Below are positions 16,423 to 26,227 of a stretch of 59,917 nucleotides of DNA, in pieces (the first letter of the stretch is position 1; each line of letters begins with the position of its first letter). The stretch comes from a virus (lineage: Duplodnaviria > Caudoviricetes): positions 1 to 59,917 of IMG/VR virus record IMGVR_UViG_3300026097_000024. One strand, 5' to 3'. The notes beneath the pieces are model-generated. The model made no database searches and was not told where the DNA came from. It was given only the letters and a program-made list of their open reading frames with translations. A program made the translations under genes and the position numbers.

Positions 16423-17247
16423 TTAATCATCGCTTTCCGCTTCGCGCTTGAGGGCTGCTTCCCATTCACCTGCGTGTTGACGAGTGTAACTAGGATTCAT
16501 GTCGTTCATTTCTAAAATATCGTCTCGAATGTTCTGGTTGCGCTTTTCTATGTTGATTACACGCACAAAACTGTTTGTAACTGCAGCTGTGTAGTAAGCA
16601 AACGGATTATTTGATTTAGATTCGTCAAACTGAAGTCCTATCTGTGCCAATTGCAAGATTGCTTGACCGCGCATTTCGTCATTGTAGGTATATCCTCGAA
16701 CATTTCCTCTTGTGGCATATCGTTCGCACAATTTAATCCACATTAAAGCTAACTTATCTGTGGCCTTTCCGTGATCCAAACAAAATTCACCTGTTTCGAT
16801 ATCTCCCTTCCAATGACTTTTACCAACGCATATTAGTTCATCATTTTCATCAAACTTATAATGTTTAAACGGAGGAAAATTTAATTTTACCTTTGTGTCA
16901 GCAATTGTTTTAGGATTCTTTTTCCTGCCAGGTTCGTCCGGAATGTGTTCGAATGTCATCACTCGAAAGATCAGTTCTTCTTTGGTAATTTTTTTATAAT
17001 CGACCTCGCAGTCGGCTTGTTTTACTTTTTCGCCTGCTTGTTTTTTTGTTTGATAATCGATATCGCCTATGCGCTTTGCTTTATTTCTTTTTGCTTCTGC
17101 AATAGTGCGAATATTAATTTTATCTAAACTTTCTAGAATAATGTCGTATCGGTCATATTCTGGACTCGAATAACTACAAAAAGTGTTTTTTGACTTGTGT
17201 ATTTCTGCAAGTATGTCCTTGTTGTTTAAATAGTTTACTTTTTTCAT
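16423..17247 (-). CDS. gp55: Late-transcription sigma factor (T4 gp55-like)
   Basis: N-terminal NYLNNKD, plus GYTYNDEM and FDESKSNNPFAYYT motifs; upstream of gp47/gp46 as in T4-like phages. Confidence 0.88.
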   Translation of the reverse strand: MKKVNYLNNKDILAEIHKSKNTFCSYSSPEYDRYDIILESLDKINIRTIAEAKRNKAKRIGDIDYQTKKQAGEKVKQADCEVDYKKITKEELIFRVMTFEHIPDEPGRKKNPKTIADTKVKLNFPPFKHYKFDENDELICVGKSHWKGDIETGEFCLDHGKATDKLALMWIKLCERYATRGNVRGYTYNDEMRGQAILQLAQIGLQFDESKSNNPFAYYTAAVTNSFVRVINIEKRNQNIRDDILEMNDMNPSYTRQHAGEWEAALKREAESDD

Positions 17248-17269
17248 GAAGGCTCCAATTTATAGTGTC

Positions 17270-17304
17270 ATTATAATATACGCAGTTTATAAAGTCAATA
17301 AATA
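17270..17304. promoter_or_regulatory. Sigma70 promoter for gp55 (minus, TTGACT-17-TATAAT) overlapping a divergent late promoter AATAAATA (+, 17297-17304)
   Basis: -35 at 17293-17298, -10 at 17270-17275; the late motif precedes the baseplate operon. Confidence 0.7.
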
Positions 17305-17324
17305 CTTTACCGTAGGAGATTTAC

Positions 17325-18140
17325 ATGGCAACACGCAATCCTCAAGAATCAGTTCAGCAATTCCTTGGATCTGCTTTCAAAGCAGGAGAAAATGCTATAA
17401 CTTCTATTGCTGGAAAAGTTAAACAAGATGTTAGTGACTTTTTTACAGACACAGGATTTGGCAAGGCATTACGGTCTTCTAATTTGCTCACAGGTGCACA
17501 ACCCCAAGGAATTTCATTTGAAGAAGCTAACTGGGGCACTTCAAATAATTTAGACTGGAGAGTTAGATTAAGTGTTCCTGAAAATTTCAAAGACAGTCCC
17601 CTTATACAGCCGTTAGTTGCACAAACAAACGGTCTGGTATGGCCGTATACTCCGCAGGTTATGATAGAACAATCTGCTTCTTACAGCGCAATGACACCAG
17701 TGCATAGTAATTATCCATACTATTCGTATCAGAACTCACAAGTGAGTGCCATTAATATCATGGGAGAATACTACATAGAAAATGCTCTGGAGGGTGAATA
17801 TTGGATAGCTGCTATACATTATCTTAGAAGCGTAACAAAAATGGCCTATGGAGGAAACACAAGCAATCAAGGCGCACCTCCACCAGTAGTAAGACTTAAT
17901 GGATACGGTGATTATGTTTTTAAAAATGTTCCTGTGATAATACAAAGCTTCACAGTTGAATTGCCTAGCGATGTTGACTATATTCAGGTAGGATTAGGAG
18001 CCAACGGCAACTGGGTACCTACTAGATCTACTATAAATGTTTCTATGACACCAATATACAGTCGCAGGTCTACTACAGAATTCAATCTAGATGCATTTGT
18101 AAGAGGAGACTATGTCATTAATGGAAAAGGATATTTGTAA
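17325..18140 (+). CDS. Baseplate tail-tube initiator/cap protein (gp48/gp54-like)
   Basis: Tube-fold-like motifs (WPYTPQV, YLRSVTKM, PPPVVRLNGYG, VPVIIQSFTVE); first gene of the baseplate cluster. Confidence 0.65.
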   Translation: MATRNPQESVQQFLGSAFKAGENAITSIAGKVKQDVSDFFTDTGFGKALRSSNLLTGAQPQGISFEEANWGTSNNLDWRVRLSVPENFKDSPLIQPLVAQTNGLVWPYTPQVMIEQSASYSAMTPVHSNYPYYSYQNSQVSAINIMGEYYIENALEGEYWIAAIHYLRSVTKMAYGGNTSNQGAPPPVVRLNGYGDYVFKNVPVIIQSFTVELPSDVDYIQVGLGANGNWVPTRSTINVSMTPIYSRRSTTEFNLDAFVRGDYVINGKGYL

Positions 18141-18442
18141 TGGCATCCTATGAATCAACCAGTCCTTGGCATAACACTCCTATTGTGAAAGGCCAATATC
18201 TTGATATTTTAACAATTCGTCCTGTACCAGCAGAACCAGATGATATTTTATATAAAATAGAACCGCAATACACTTATAGACCTGATCTGTTAGCTTATGA
18301 TCTATATGGAAGTGAAAAATTATGGTGGGTATTTGCACAGAGAAACATGGACGTCATCAAAGATCCTGTTTATGACATGATACCAGGCACAGAAATATAT
18401 CTTCCTAAAGGAAACAGTTTAAATCAGTTGCTAGGAATTTAA
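18140..18442 (+). CDS. gp53: Baseplate wedge protein, LysM-like (gp53-like)
   Basis: YRPDLLAYDLYGSEKLWWVF...N...DP...PGTEIYLP motif. Confidence 0.85.
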   Translation: MASYESTSPWHNTPIVKGQYLDILTIRPVPAEPDDILYKIEPQYTYRPDLLAYDLYGSEKLWWVFAQRNMDVIKDPVYDMIPGTEIYLPKGNSLNQLLGI

Positions 18443-20845
18443 ATGGCTAATTTTAATCCACAAAATTTAGCACAAAGGGCCCAACGTCTTGGAAGAGATT
18501 TAGAACAAAGATCAAACCAATTCATTGCGGACATAAGAAATTCGTCAAATATAAATGTTAATGGAGTTTTGAATGCTGTTGAAGGCACTGCACAAGAACT
18601 TCTAGGTGCAACATCTAATCCTAAACTACCTAGAATCTCAGCAACAAACAATGCAGCATCGTCTCCTACAATTCCAGTTGATAACGCACCTCCGTGGACC
18701 AATGAGCTTGAGAGATTTGCCAGTTTTAACTATATTTTTACCTTGGCTTGTCTTAATGACGACGAAATAAACAATCCTGATTCAACATACAGGATAAAAC
18801 AACCTCAAAATATCATACTAAGATCAGGCGGAACAGGTCAAAACAAGGTCAAAACAATTTACGAAAAAAACGGAGCAGTTGAGTATTACATAGATGATGC
18901 TGAAATCTCATCAATAATAGTGCCTAATCCTAAAACCAAACAAACAAACGCAACATCTTTGCGATTTACTGTGTTTGAACCATACAGTATGGGCATGTTT
19001 TTGCAGACACTACAAATAGCCGCAGTATCTGCAGGACATAAAAATTATATCGAAGCACCATATTTACTAACAGTAGAATTTAAGGGCTACGACGATAATG
19101 GTAATATTGTGCCTGCACCTAACACACGAAGACTGTTTCCTTTAAAATTTACAAATGTAACATTCAATGTATCTGAAGGTGGTAGTCAGTATACTGTGGA
19201 AGCAATTCCGTGGCACGAGTCTGCGTTTTCCGATCAAGTCCAAACAATAAAAACAGATGTTCAATTGTCTGGAAGGAATTTACAAGAAGTTTTACAATCA
19301 GGAGGATCGAGCCTTGCAAGTATACTGAATGAAAGACTGTTGAAAAATCAAGAAGCAGGACAAATTTCCACTGCTGATCAGTATGTAATCATGTTTCCCT
19401 CCGACGATAACACAGCAGAAGAACGAATTCTAGGAATAGCAGAAAACAACAATGGAGCAACTTCTAGCAGCGGAAGTCAACGACAGTTAGATCAAGACAC
19501 CCAACAACTAATATATGAAACAATCACAGGAATTGAAAATGGAAAAATACCTGCAGATTTTGATTCAAAACTATCGGAACTTTTTGGTGTTGTAATACGA
19601 AGATCCGAAATAGGTGAAAATATTAGAAATGTTGCGGAAGACACAGAAAAGGTTAACAAAATTGGAAACAGCAAGATTGTAAAGACCTATCTAGATGGCG
19701 GCAAGGTACCATTTGGTGAGGCGAGATTTACAGAAGTAGAAGGCAGTCCAGGAGTTTTTCAACGAGGAAAATTACAAATCAGTGATGAAGGCAGAATCTT
19801 AACTTTTACTGCTGGAATGAAAATTCAAGATATCATAGAAGAACTTATCTTAATAAGTGATTACGGAAGGCAGATTGCAAATGTCGAGCCAGATGAATTT
19901 AATATGGTTCCTTGGTTCAAAATTGAAACACAGGTTTATAATGTAAGTGACAATGAAGCAGTGCAACAAATAGGAAGAAAACCTAAAGTCTATGTTTATA
20001 GGGTAGTTCCATATATGGTAAGCGCCAGCCGATTTAGTAATCCCAGCAAGCCTTCTCCTAAAGTTAAAAATGTTAAAGCACAAGCGGCCAAAGAATATAA
20101 TTATATCTATACTGGGCAAAACAAAGACATCTTAAATTTTGATATACAAATTGATGCGGCATTTTTTGTCGCCTTGAATCCTATGCGCGGGCAAGCCAGC
20201 AGTGATTCAAAACAAGGATCAAAAAACGAACTAGCTGCTGGAAATGAAGACCCGGTTACAAAAACTGGCGAAGGAGATACTGAAGCCACAAGTTCCGCTG
20301 GACAAAAAAGAGTAGAAGAACGGTACAATCAAACCACAGGAAATCAAAGCAGCCCGGGAAAAGAGCATGTAGAAACACAGGTAGCTCGAGATGTAAATGA
20401 TGCAATTGTTAACAGCCCAACAGATTTAGTAATGGTAGAAATGGAAATAATGGGGGATCCTTTTTACATTGCTGATAGCGGAATGGGTAATTACAATGCT
20501 GCCAAAGACCCACAATTTATAAACATTACCAGAGATGGCAGTATGGATTATCAAACATCAGAGGTAGATGTTATTATAAATTTTAAGACACCGTTAGATT
20601 ATCAAGGCAACGGATATATGGAATTTCCGGGTGGCGGAATTGCACCTGTAGGTGCATTCACAGGCTTATACCAAGTTACTTTTGTAGACCACAAGTTTAG
20701 TGGTGGCCAGTTCACCCAGGTACTGAAAATGATTAGAAGACCTTTACAAGATTCTGAAACAACAGTTAAACCTACCACAACAGATAATAAATTTGTCGAA
20801 GAAGGAACCAAAGAAAACAAAATTGATGACGGATGGGGCGAATAA
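18443..20845 (+). CDS. Baseplate hub protein (gp27/gpD-like), 800 aa
   Basis: Located between gp53 and gp5; C-terminal MEIMGDP and GLYQVTFVDHKFSGGQFTQVLKMIR typical of hub proteins. Confidence 0.65.
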   Translation: MANFNPQNLAQRAQRLGRDLEQRSNQFIADIRNSSNINVNGVLNAVEGTAQELLGATSNPKLPRISATNNAASSPTIPVDNAPPWTNELERFASFNYIFTLACLNDDEINNPDSTYRIKQPQNIILRSGGTGQNKVKTIYEKNGAVEYYIDDAEISSIIVPNPKTKQTNATSLRFTVFEPYSMGMFLQTLQIAAVSAGHKNYIEAPYLLTVEFKGYDDNGNIVPAPNTRRLFPLKFTNVTFNVSEGGSQYTVEAIPWHESAFSDQVQTIKTDVQLSGRNLQEVLQSGGSSLASILNERLLKNQEAGQISTADQYVIMFPSDDNTAEERILGIAENNNGATSSSGSQRQLDQDTQQLIYETITGIENGKIPADFDSKLSELFGVVIRRSEIGENIRNVAEDTEKVNKIGNSKIVKTYLDGGKVPFGEARFTEVEGSPGVFQRGKLQISDEGRILTFTAGMKIQDIIEELILISDYGRQIANVEPDEFNMVPWFKIETQVYNVSDNEAVQQIGRKPKVYVYRVVPYMVSASRFSNPSKPSPKVKNVKAQAAKEYNYIYTGQNKDILNFDIQIDAAFFVALNPMRGQASSDSKQGSKNELAAGNEDPVTKTGEGDTEATSSAGQKRVEERYNQTTGNQSSPGKEHVETQVARDVNDAIVNSPTDLVMVEMEIMGDPFYIADSGMGNYNAAKDPQFINITRDGSMDYQTSEVDVIINFKTPLDYQGNGYMEFPGGGIAPVGAFTGLYQVTFVDHKFSGGQFTQVLKMIRRPLQDSETTVKPTTTDNKFVEEGTKENKIDDGWGE

Positions 20846-22287
20846 TGAATAGAGATCAACGCACTCCTAGCATTAATTTAAAAGGTAATCCGGGTCCTTA
20901 TCTAGCTGTTGTAGTAAGTCACTTAGATCCAAAATACATGGGAAGCATTGAAGTAGAGCTTCTCAAAGCAACGGACAGCGGAAACCTAACTGCTAGAACA
21001 GGGCAATTAGCACAAGTAAAGTATTTGAGTCCATTTTACGGTGTAACTCCTTATAAAGACACTACCAAAAATCAAGGATATGCATTCACACAAAAATCTT
21101 ATGGAATGTGGATGGTGCCGCCCGACATAGGTACGAATGTACTTGTGATTTTTGCTGAAGGAAATGCGGCCAACGGATACTGGATAGGATGCATACAAGA
21201 TGAGTACATGAACTTTATGGTTCCCGGTTATGCATCAACAACATATAATGAAAAAGACAGATCCAAAAAACTTCCAGTTGGAGAATACAACAAAAGAGTA
21301 GAAACAGCAAAGGGCAGAGATCCTACGCAATATGTAAAACCTGCTTATGATGATTATATTAACATTTTGCAAGAACAAGGTTTAGCAGAAGATTCATCTA
21401 GAGGAACTTCAACATCTAGTGCAAGACGAGAAACACCTTCAATGGTTTTTGGAATAAGCACTCCTGGACCATACGATCGTCGTCCTGGGTCACCCAAAAG
21501 TGAGTACGGCACCGCTGGAGCAATCAGCAATGTGCCATTCAACAGACTGGGCGGATCTAGTTTTGTTATGGACGACGGTGATGCATCCCTGCTAAGGAAA
21601 CAGCCAGCATCTGAAGGGCCTTCTGAATATGCAAATTTTGAAGCAGGCGAAACTGACGGTGATCCAACAATACCGCACAATGAATTAATTAGATTAAGGA
21701 CTAGAACAGGCCATCAGATTTTATTGCACAATTCAGAAGATTTAATTTATATAGGTAATGCAAAAGGCACAACCTGGATAGAATTAACTTCTAATGGAAA
21801 AATAGATATCTATGCAAAAGACAGTGTAAGCCTGCATACTGAACAGGATCTTAATATTACTGCTGACAGAGACATAAACATGCACGCCGGAAGAGATTTC
21901 AATGTTAAAGCAAATAACAATGTTAATCTCCAAAGTGTTAAAGATTGGCAAATACATGTAGGCGGTGATAATAAAATAACCACAATAGGAAATATAGATA
22001 TCAACAGTGGTGGCAATCATACTGAAACTGCTACTAGAATCGACATGAATGGGCCTGTTGCGGTAAAAGCCGTACCATTAAAAACTTTTGAATTATCAGG
22101 AGATTCTACTACCGCCAAAGAATCACTGCATAAAAGACTACCTCAGCATGAACCTTGGCCCCAACATGAAAATTTAAATCCTCAAAATTTTGTATTTGAA
22201 AAGACTGATATCAAAACCGCAGAATCTCCAAAAGAAGTTGATTTAGCAAGTCTTATAGTTCCTGACACTTTCCGTAAATCAACCTAG
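20845..22287 (+). CDS. gp5: Baseplate central spike (gp5/VgrG-like; OB fold plus beta-helix, no lysozyme domain evident)
   Basis: DPKYMGSIEV, GMWMVPPDIGTNVLVIFAEG..GYWIGC, RTRTGHQILLHNSE and short beta-helix repeats. Start placed at ATG 20845, coupled to the upstream stop. Confidence 0.8.
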   Translation: MNRDQRTPSINLKGNPGPYLAVVVSHLDPKYMGSIEVELLKATDSGNLTARTGQLAQVKYLSPFYGVTPYKDTTKNQGYAFTQKSYGMWMVPPDIGTNVLVIFAEGNAANGYWIGCIQDEYMNFMVPGYASTTYNEKDRSKKLPVGEYNKRVETAKGRDPTQYVKPAYDDYINILQEQGLAEDSSRGTSTSSARRETPSMVFGISTPGPYDRRPGSPKSEYGTAGAISNVPFNRLGGSSFVMDDGDASLLRKQPASEGPSEYANFEAGETDGDPTIPHNELIRLRTRTGHQILLHNSEDLIYIGNAKGTTWIELTSNGKIDIYAKDSVSLHTEQDLNITADRDINMHAGRDFNVKANNNVNLQSVKDWQIHVGGDNKITTIGNIDINSGGNHTETATRIDMNGPVAVKAVPLKTFELSGDSTTAKESLHKRLPQHEPWPQHENLNPQNFVFEKTDIKTAESPKEVDLASLIVPDTFRKST

Positions 22288-22299
22288 GTAAATATTACT

Positions 22300-22746
22300 A
22301 TGAGTTCTAGAGAAAAAAGTTTATACAAACAGATAACTGTTAAAGGCAATAGCAAAGTCGAAGTTGCCTCTGGAAGCCGTGCTTACCGCGGAATCAGCAC
22401 AGTCAATCCTGATAACACAAGTTGGGTTTTGTATGACATTGCTCTTATCAAGCAAGACCTCATTAATCATTTCCATATAAGGCAAGGAGAAAAATTAAGC
22501 GACCCTGAGTTCGGCACAATCATATGGGATGTAATTTTTGAACCCTTAACAGACAATCTTCGCGAAGCTATCATACTAAATGTGCAAAGAATTGTAAATT
22601 ATGATCCTAGAGTACAGGTAGAGCAAATCACTGTTGATAGTTACGAAAGTGGTATACAAATTGAATGCCGACTTGTGTACTTGCCTTATAATATTTCTGA
22701 ACAATTGAGATTAACATTCGATGAAAGTGCGGGTATCATAAACTAA
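22300..22746 (+). CDS. gp25: Baseplate wedge / sheath initiator (gp25 family)
   Basis: IKQDLINHFHIRQGEKLSDPEFGTIIWDVIFEP and YDPRV motifs. Confidence 0.92.
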   Translation: MSSREKSLYKQITVKGNSKVEVASGSRAYRGISTVNPDNTSWVLYDIALIKQDLINHFHIRQGEKLSDPEFGTIIWDVIFEPLTDNLREAIILNVQRIVNYDPRVQVEQITVDSYESGIQIECRLVYLPYNISEQLRLTFDESAGIIN

Positions 22747-22770
22747 TTATATACGCAGTTAATCTAATCA

Positions 22771-22778
22771 AATAAATA
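22771..22778 (+). promoter_or_regulatory. Late promoter AATAAATA upstream of gp6
   Basis: Matches the late consensus; preceded by the shared 12-mer at 22749-22760. Confidence 0.6.
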
Positions 22779-22801
22779 CTTTGTAATATAGGAAAGCGTA
22801 T

Positions 22802-25800
22802 ATGTCATCTACAGATAGACAAAATAGACTTCTGCTTGCAGAAGATTGGAAGAGAGTTTATCAAACCTTCCGCAACGCAGATTTTCAAAGTTATGATTTC
22901 GATAATCTTCGTCGAACCATGATTAACTATCTGCGCCAGAATTATCCTGAAGACTTTAATGATTATATTGAAAGTTCTGAATATCTTGCTCTCATAGATC
23001 TAATGGCTTACCTTGGCCAAAATATAGCTTTTCGTATTGATTTAAATGCCAGAGAAAATTATCTAGAACTGGCAGAACGCAGAGAGAGTGTGCTGAGATT
23101 AGCTCGTTTGCTTTCTTATAATCCCAAAAGGGTTCAAGCTGCAAATGGACTTTTAAAATTAGAAAGTATCAGAACCACAGAAGAAATAAGAGATTCCAAT
23201 AATCTAAATTTAGAAAATCAAACCATTATTTGGAATGATCCTAGTAATCCAGACTGGTACGAACAATTTATCAAAGTGCTTAACACAGCATTGCCAGTTA
23301 ATGGAACATTTGGTAGGCCGTCTAAAAGTGATAATGTAAACGGAGTGCCTACAGAACAATACAGATTGAATTCTAATAATTCAGAAGTTCCTGTTTACAG
23401 TTTTTCTAAAACAGTTGATGGCCGTAGCACAAGGTTTGAAATCACATCCACAGATATAGTTGACGGTGTTATACAAGAAGAGTCTCCGTTTCCTGGCAAC
23501 AATTTTGCACTGCTATACAGAGACGATGGTCGAGGACCAGCAAGTTCTAATTCTGGATTTTTCAGTCATTTTAGACAAGGTAGTTTAGATCAAGGCGTAT
23601 TTAATGTTACAAATCCTAGCACAAATCAAGTCATTGCTGTGGATGCTACTAATGTAAACAACAGTGATATCTGGTTATACAAATTAGATAGTTTAGGAAA
23701 TGAAGAAGAACAATGGACTCGAGTAGATGCTGTTGAAGGCAACAACATAATTTACAACAGTCTTAATAAGTCAATCAGGAACATATATTCTGTGCTAACC
23801 AGAGCAGAAGATAGAATATCTTTGGTTTTTGCAGACGGCACTTTCGGTAACTTACCCAAAGGTACATTTCGTGTATATTATAGAACAAGCCGGAAAGAGC
23901 GTGTTATAGTTACACCTGATGATATGCGAGGCATTTCAGTAACTATTCCATATATTACCAGAACCGGTAAAGTTGAAGATTTAACAATGTCCTTCGAACT
24001 AAAATACACAGTGGACAACAGTTCGACATCAGAAACGAACGCCAGTATCAAGCGTAACGCACCTTCTACATACTACACTCAAAATAGAATGATTACTGCT
24101 GAAGATTATCAGGTAGCACCTCTAAATATCAGTCAAGAAATTATCAAAATAAAAAGTGTTAACCGAACTGCAAGTGGCATAAGCAGATATTTTGATTTGA
24201 TAGATGCTACAGGAAAATACTCTAAAACTAATTTGTTTGGCACTGACGGCGTTTTATACAAAGAATTTTTATCCCCAAAAACATCTTTTACATTTAACAC
24301 CAGAACAGATGTAGAAGGCGCTGTAGCTAATACCATTACACCTATTTTAAATGATATAAAAATTAGAAACTATTATTATAATAGTTTTCCAAAGGTTTTA
24401 GTAGGAGATTTACAGGTATCTTGGACCCAGTTGAGTGCAGAAACAAATTTAAACACAGGATATTTTCAAAATCGTGATGGCATTATTTCAGAATTAGGAA
24501 CATTCACCGGAAGTATTTTAAGTTTAGTAGTTCCGGGTACACTTTGTAAGTTTGTGCCACCTCAAGGATTTTATTTCACAGAAAACGGAGAGCTTACTAC
24601 TGAAAATGTCAAAGGTTCAGTTTTATACAAGTGGGTAAAAGTGTTAAGTGTTGACGGCGCAGGAACTTCAATTCAAGACAATGAATCAGGTCCAGTCGCT
24701 TTAAATGATAACATACCAAGTTCTGCGATACTGACAGAAATAAGGACCAGTTTACCAAATGCCTTAGAAGATGATGTTGCAACACAAGTTATAGATCAAA
24801 TTTTTGCCTATAAGACATTTGGACTTAGATACTCACAAACTCAACAAGCTTGGAGATTAATTACCGACAATAATTTAAACATTGAAAGTGAGTTCAGCAC
24901 AGGAAAAACTGGTGATACAACTAATCAACAACTAGATGCTAGTTGGCTATTATTGTTTGAAACAGACGGAGAAACATATACGATTACAAATCGTGCAATG
25001 AGATATGTGTTTGAGAGCAATGAAGAAATAAGATTTTACTATGACAGCGGTGACAAAATTTATAATAACTTAACAGGAAAAATTGTAAAAGATAAAATCA
25101 CAGTTTTAAACATTAACACACAACCCGATGATATTGTTCCTTTTACAGTGGATTTTGACTGGGAGGTAGTAGAAGAATATCGTGATGCAGAAGGCTATGT
25201 TGACAGTAAAAAAATACAGATAAGTTTTTTTGATGAAGATGACGACGGTGTAGTTGATAATCCCCAGTTGTTCGAAGATATTGTAAATGAAGAAGTCTCC
25301 CCTCTATCAAAATATGTGTTTTTAGAAAAGATTATTACATCTGATGGAGTTGAAGATTTTCGATTTATAAGCAAAACCGATTTGAATCTCAAAATTAAAC
25401 AAAATAAAAACAGTCAAATTATAATAAGTCAAGAAGAAGACGGACAACTATTTTATTTTGCAGATGAAGATATTTTTCAAACATTGGATAAAGGCACGGG
25501 CACATTTACAACCATTGATAATTATCGTGCAAGATTAGGCAGAGAACAGATTAAATTCCAATATATTCATGCAGCTGATCCTAATTCAAGAATCGATCCT
25601 AGTGCTAGTAATATAATTGATATGTATGTTCTCACCAAAACATATGATACTCAATTCAGACAATGGTTAGACGGTACAATAACAAATCCTCCATTTCCAC
25701 CTAGTAGTGATAATTTGTTTACAAGTTACGGATCACAATTGAATCAAATAAAATCTTTAAGTGATGAGATCATTTATCATCCTGTTAAATATAAGACATT

Positions 25801-26212
25801 ATTTGGTTCAAAAGCTGACACTGACTTGCAAGCATTATTTAAAATTGTAAAAAATCCTGATTTGGTTCTAAATGACAATGATGTGAAATCTCGTGTTATT
25901 TCTGCAATAAATGAATTCTTTGCATTGGAAAATTGGGATTTTGGAGATAAATTCTACTTTAGTGAATTAAGCAGTTATGTGATGAATGAGCTGTCACCTG
26001 ATCTGGTTACATTTGTAATAGTGCCAACACAAGAATCACAAAGCTTTGGTAGTTTGTTCGAAATTAAATCAGAATCAGATGAAATTTTTATCAGCGGAGC
26101 CACAGTAGATGATGTAGAAATAATTGATGCAATCACTGCTACAAGATTAAAATCGTCTGGTACTGTGGTGACAACAAGCACCACATCAAATGTAGGCATA
26201 CAGAGTTCGTAA
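22802..26212 (+). CDS. gp6: Baseplate wedge protein (gp6-like), 1136 aa
   Basis: DFDNLRRTMINYL, AERRESVLRLARLLSYNPKR, FADGTFGNLP and QNRMITAEDY motifs; follows gp25. Confidence 0.88.
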   Translation: MSSTDRQNRLLLAEDWKRVYQTFRNADFQSYDFDNLRRTMINYLRQNYPEDFNDYIESSEYLALIDLMAYLGQNIAFRIDLNARENYLELAERRESVLRLARLLSYNPKRVQAANGLLKLESIRTTEEIRDSNNLNLENQTIIWNDPSNPDWYEQFIKVLNTALPVNGTFGRPSKSDNVNGVPTEQYRLNSNNSEVPVYSFSKTVDGRSTRFEITSTDIVDGVIQEESPFPGNNFALLYRDDGRGPASSNSGFFSHFRQGSLDQGVFNVTNPSTNQVIAVDATNVNNSDIWLYKLDSLGNEEEQWTRVDAVEGNNIIYNSLNKSIRNIYSVLTRAEDRISLVFADGTFGNLPKGTFRVYYRTSRKERVIVTPDDMRGISVTIPYITRTGKVEDLTMSFELKYTVDNSSTSETNASIKRNAPSTYYTQNRMITAEDYQVAPLNISQEIIKIKSVNRTASGISRYFDLIDATGKYSKTNLFGTDGVLYKEFLSPKTSFTFNTRTDVEGAVANTITPILNDIKIRNYYYNSFPKVLVGDLQVSWTQLSAETNLNTGYFQNRDGIISELGTFTGSILSLVVPGTLCKFVPPQGFYFTENGELTTENVKGSVLYKWVKVLSVDGAGTSIQDNESGPVALNDNIPSSAILTEIRTSLPNALEDDVATQVIDQIFAYKTFGLRYSQTQQAWRLITDNNLNIESEFSTGKTGDTTNQQLDASWLLLFETDGETYTITNRAMRYVFESNEEIRFYYDSGDKIYNNLTGKIVKDKITVLNINTQPDDIVPFTVDFDWEVVEEYRDAEGYVDSKKIQISFFDEDDDGVVDNPQLFEDIVNEEVSPLSKYVFLEKIITSDGVEDFRFISKTDLNLKIKQNKNSQIIISQEEDGQLFYFADEDIFQTLDKGTGTFTTIDNYRARLGREQIKFQYIHAADPNSRIDPSASNIIDMYVLTKTYDTQFRQWLDGTITNPPFPPSSDNLFTSYGSQLNQIKSLSDEIIYHPVKYKTLFGSKADTDLQALFKIVKNPDLVLNDNDVKSRVISAINEFFALENWDFGDKFYFSELSSYVMNELSPDLVTFVIVPTQESQSFGSLFEIKSESDEIFISGATVDDVEIIDAITATRLKSSGTVVTTSTTSNVGIQSS

Positions 26213-26227
26213 AAAAGGGTAAACTTA

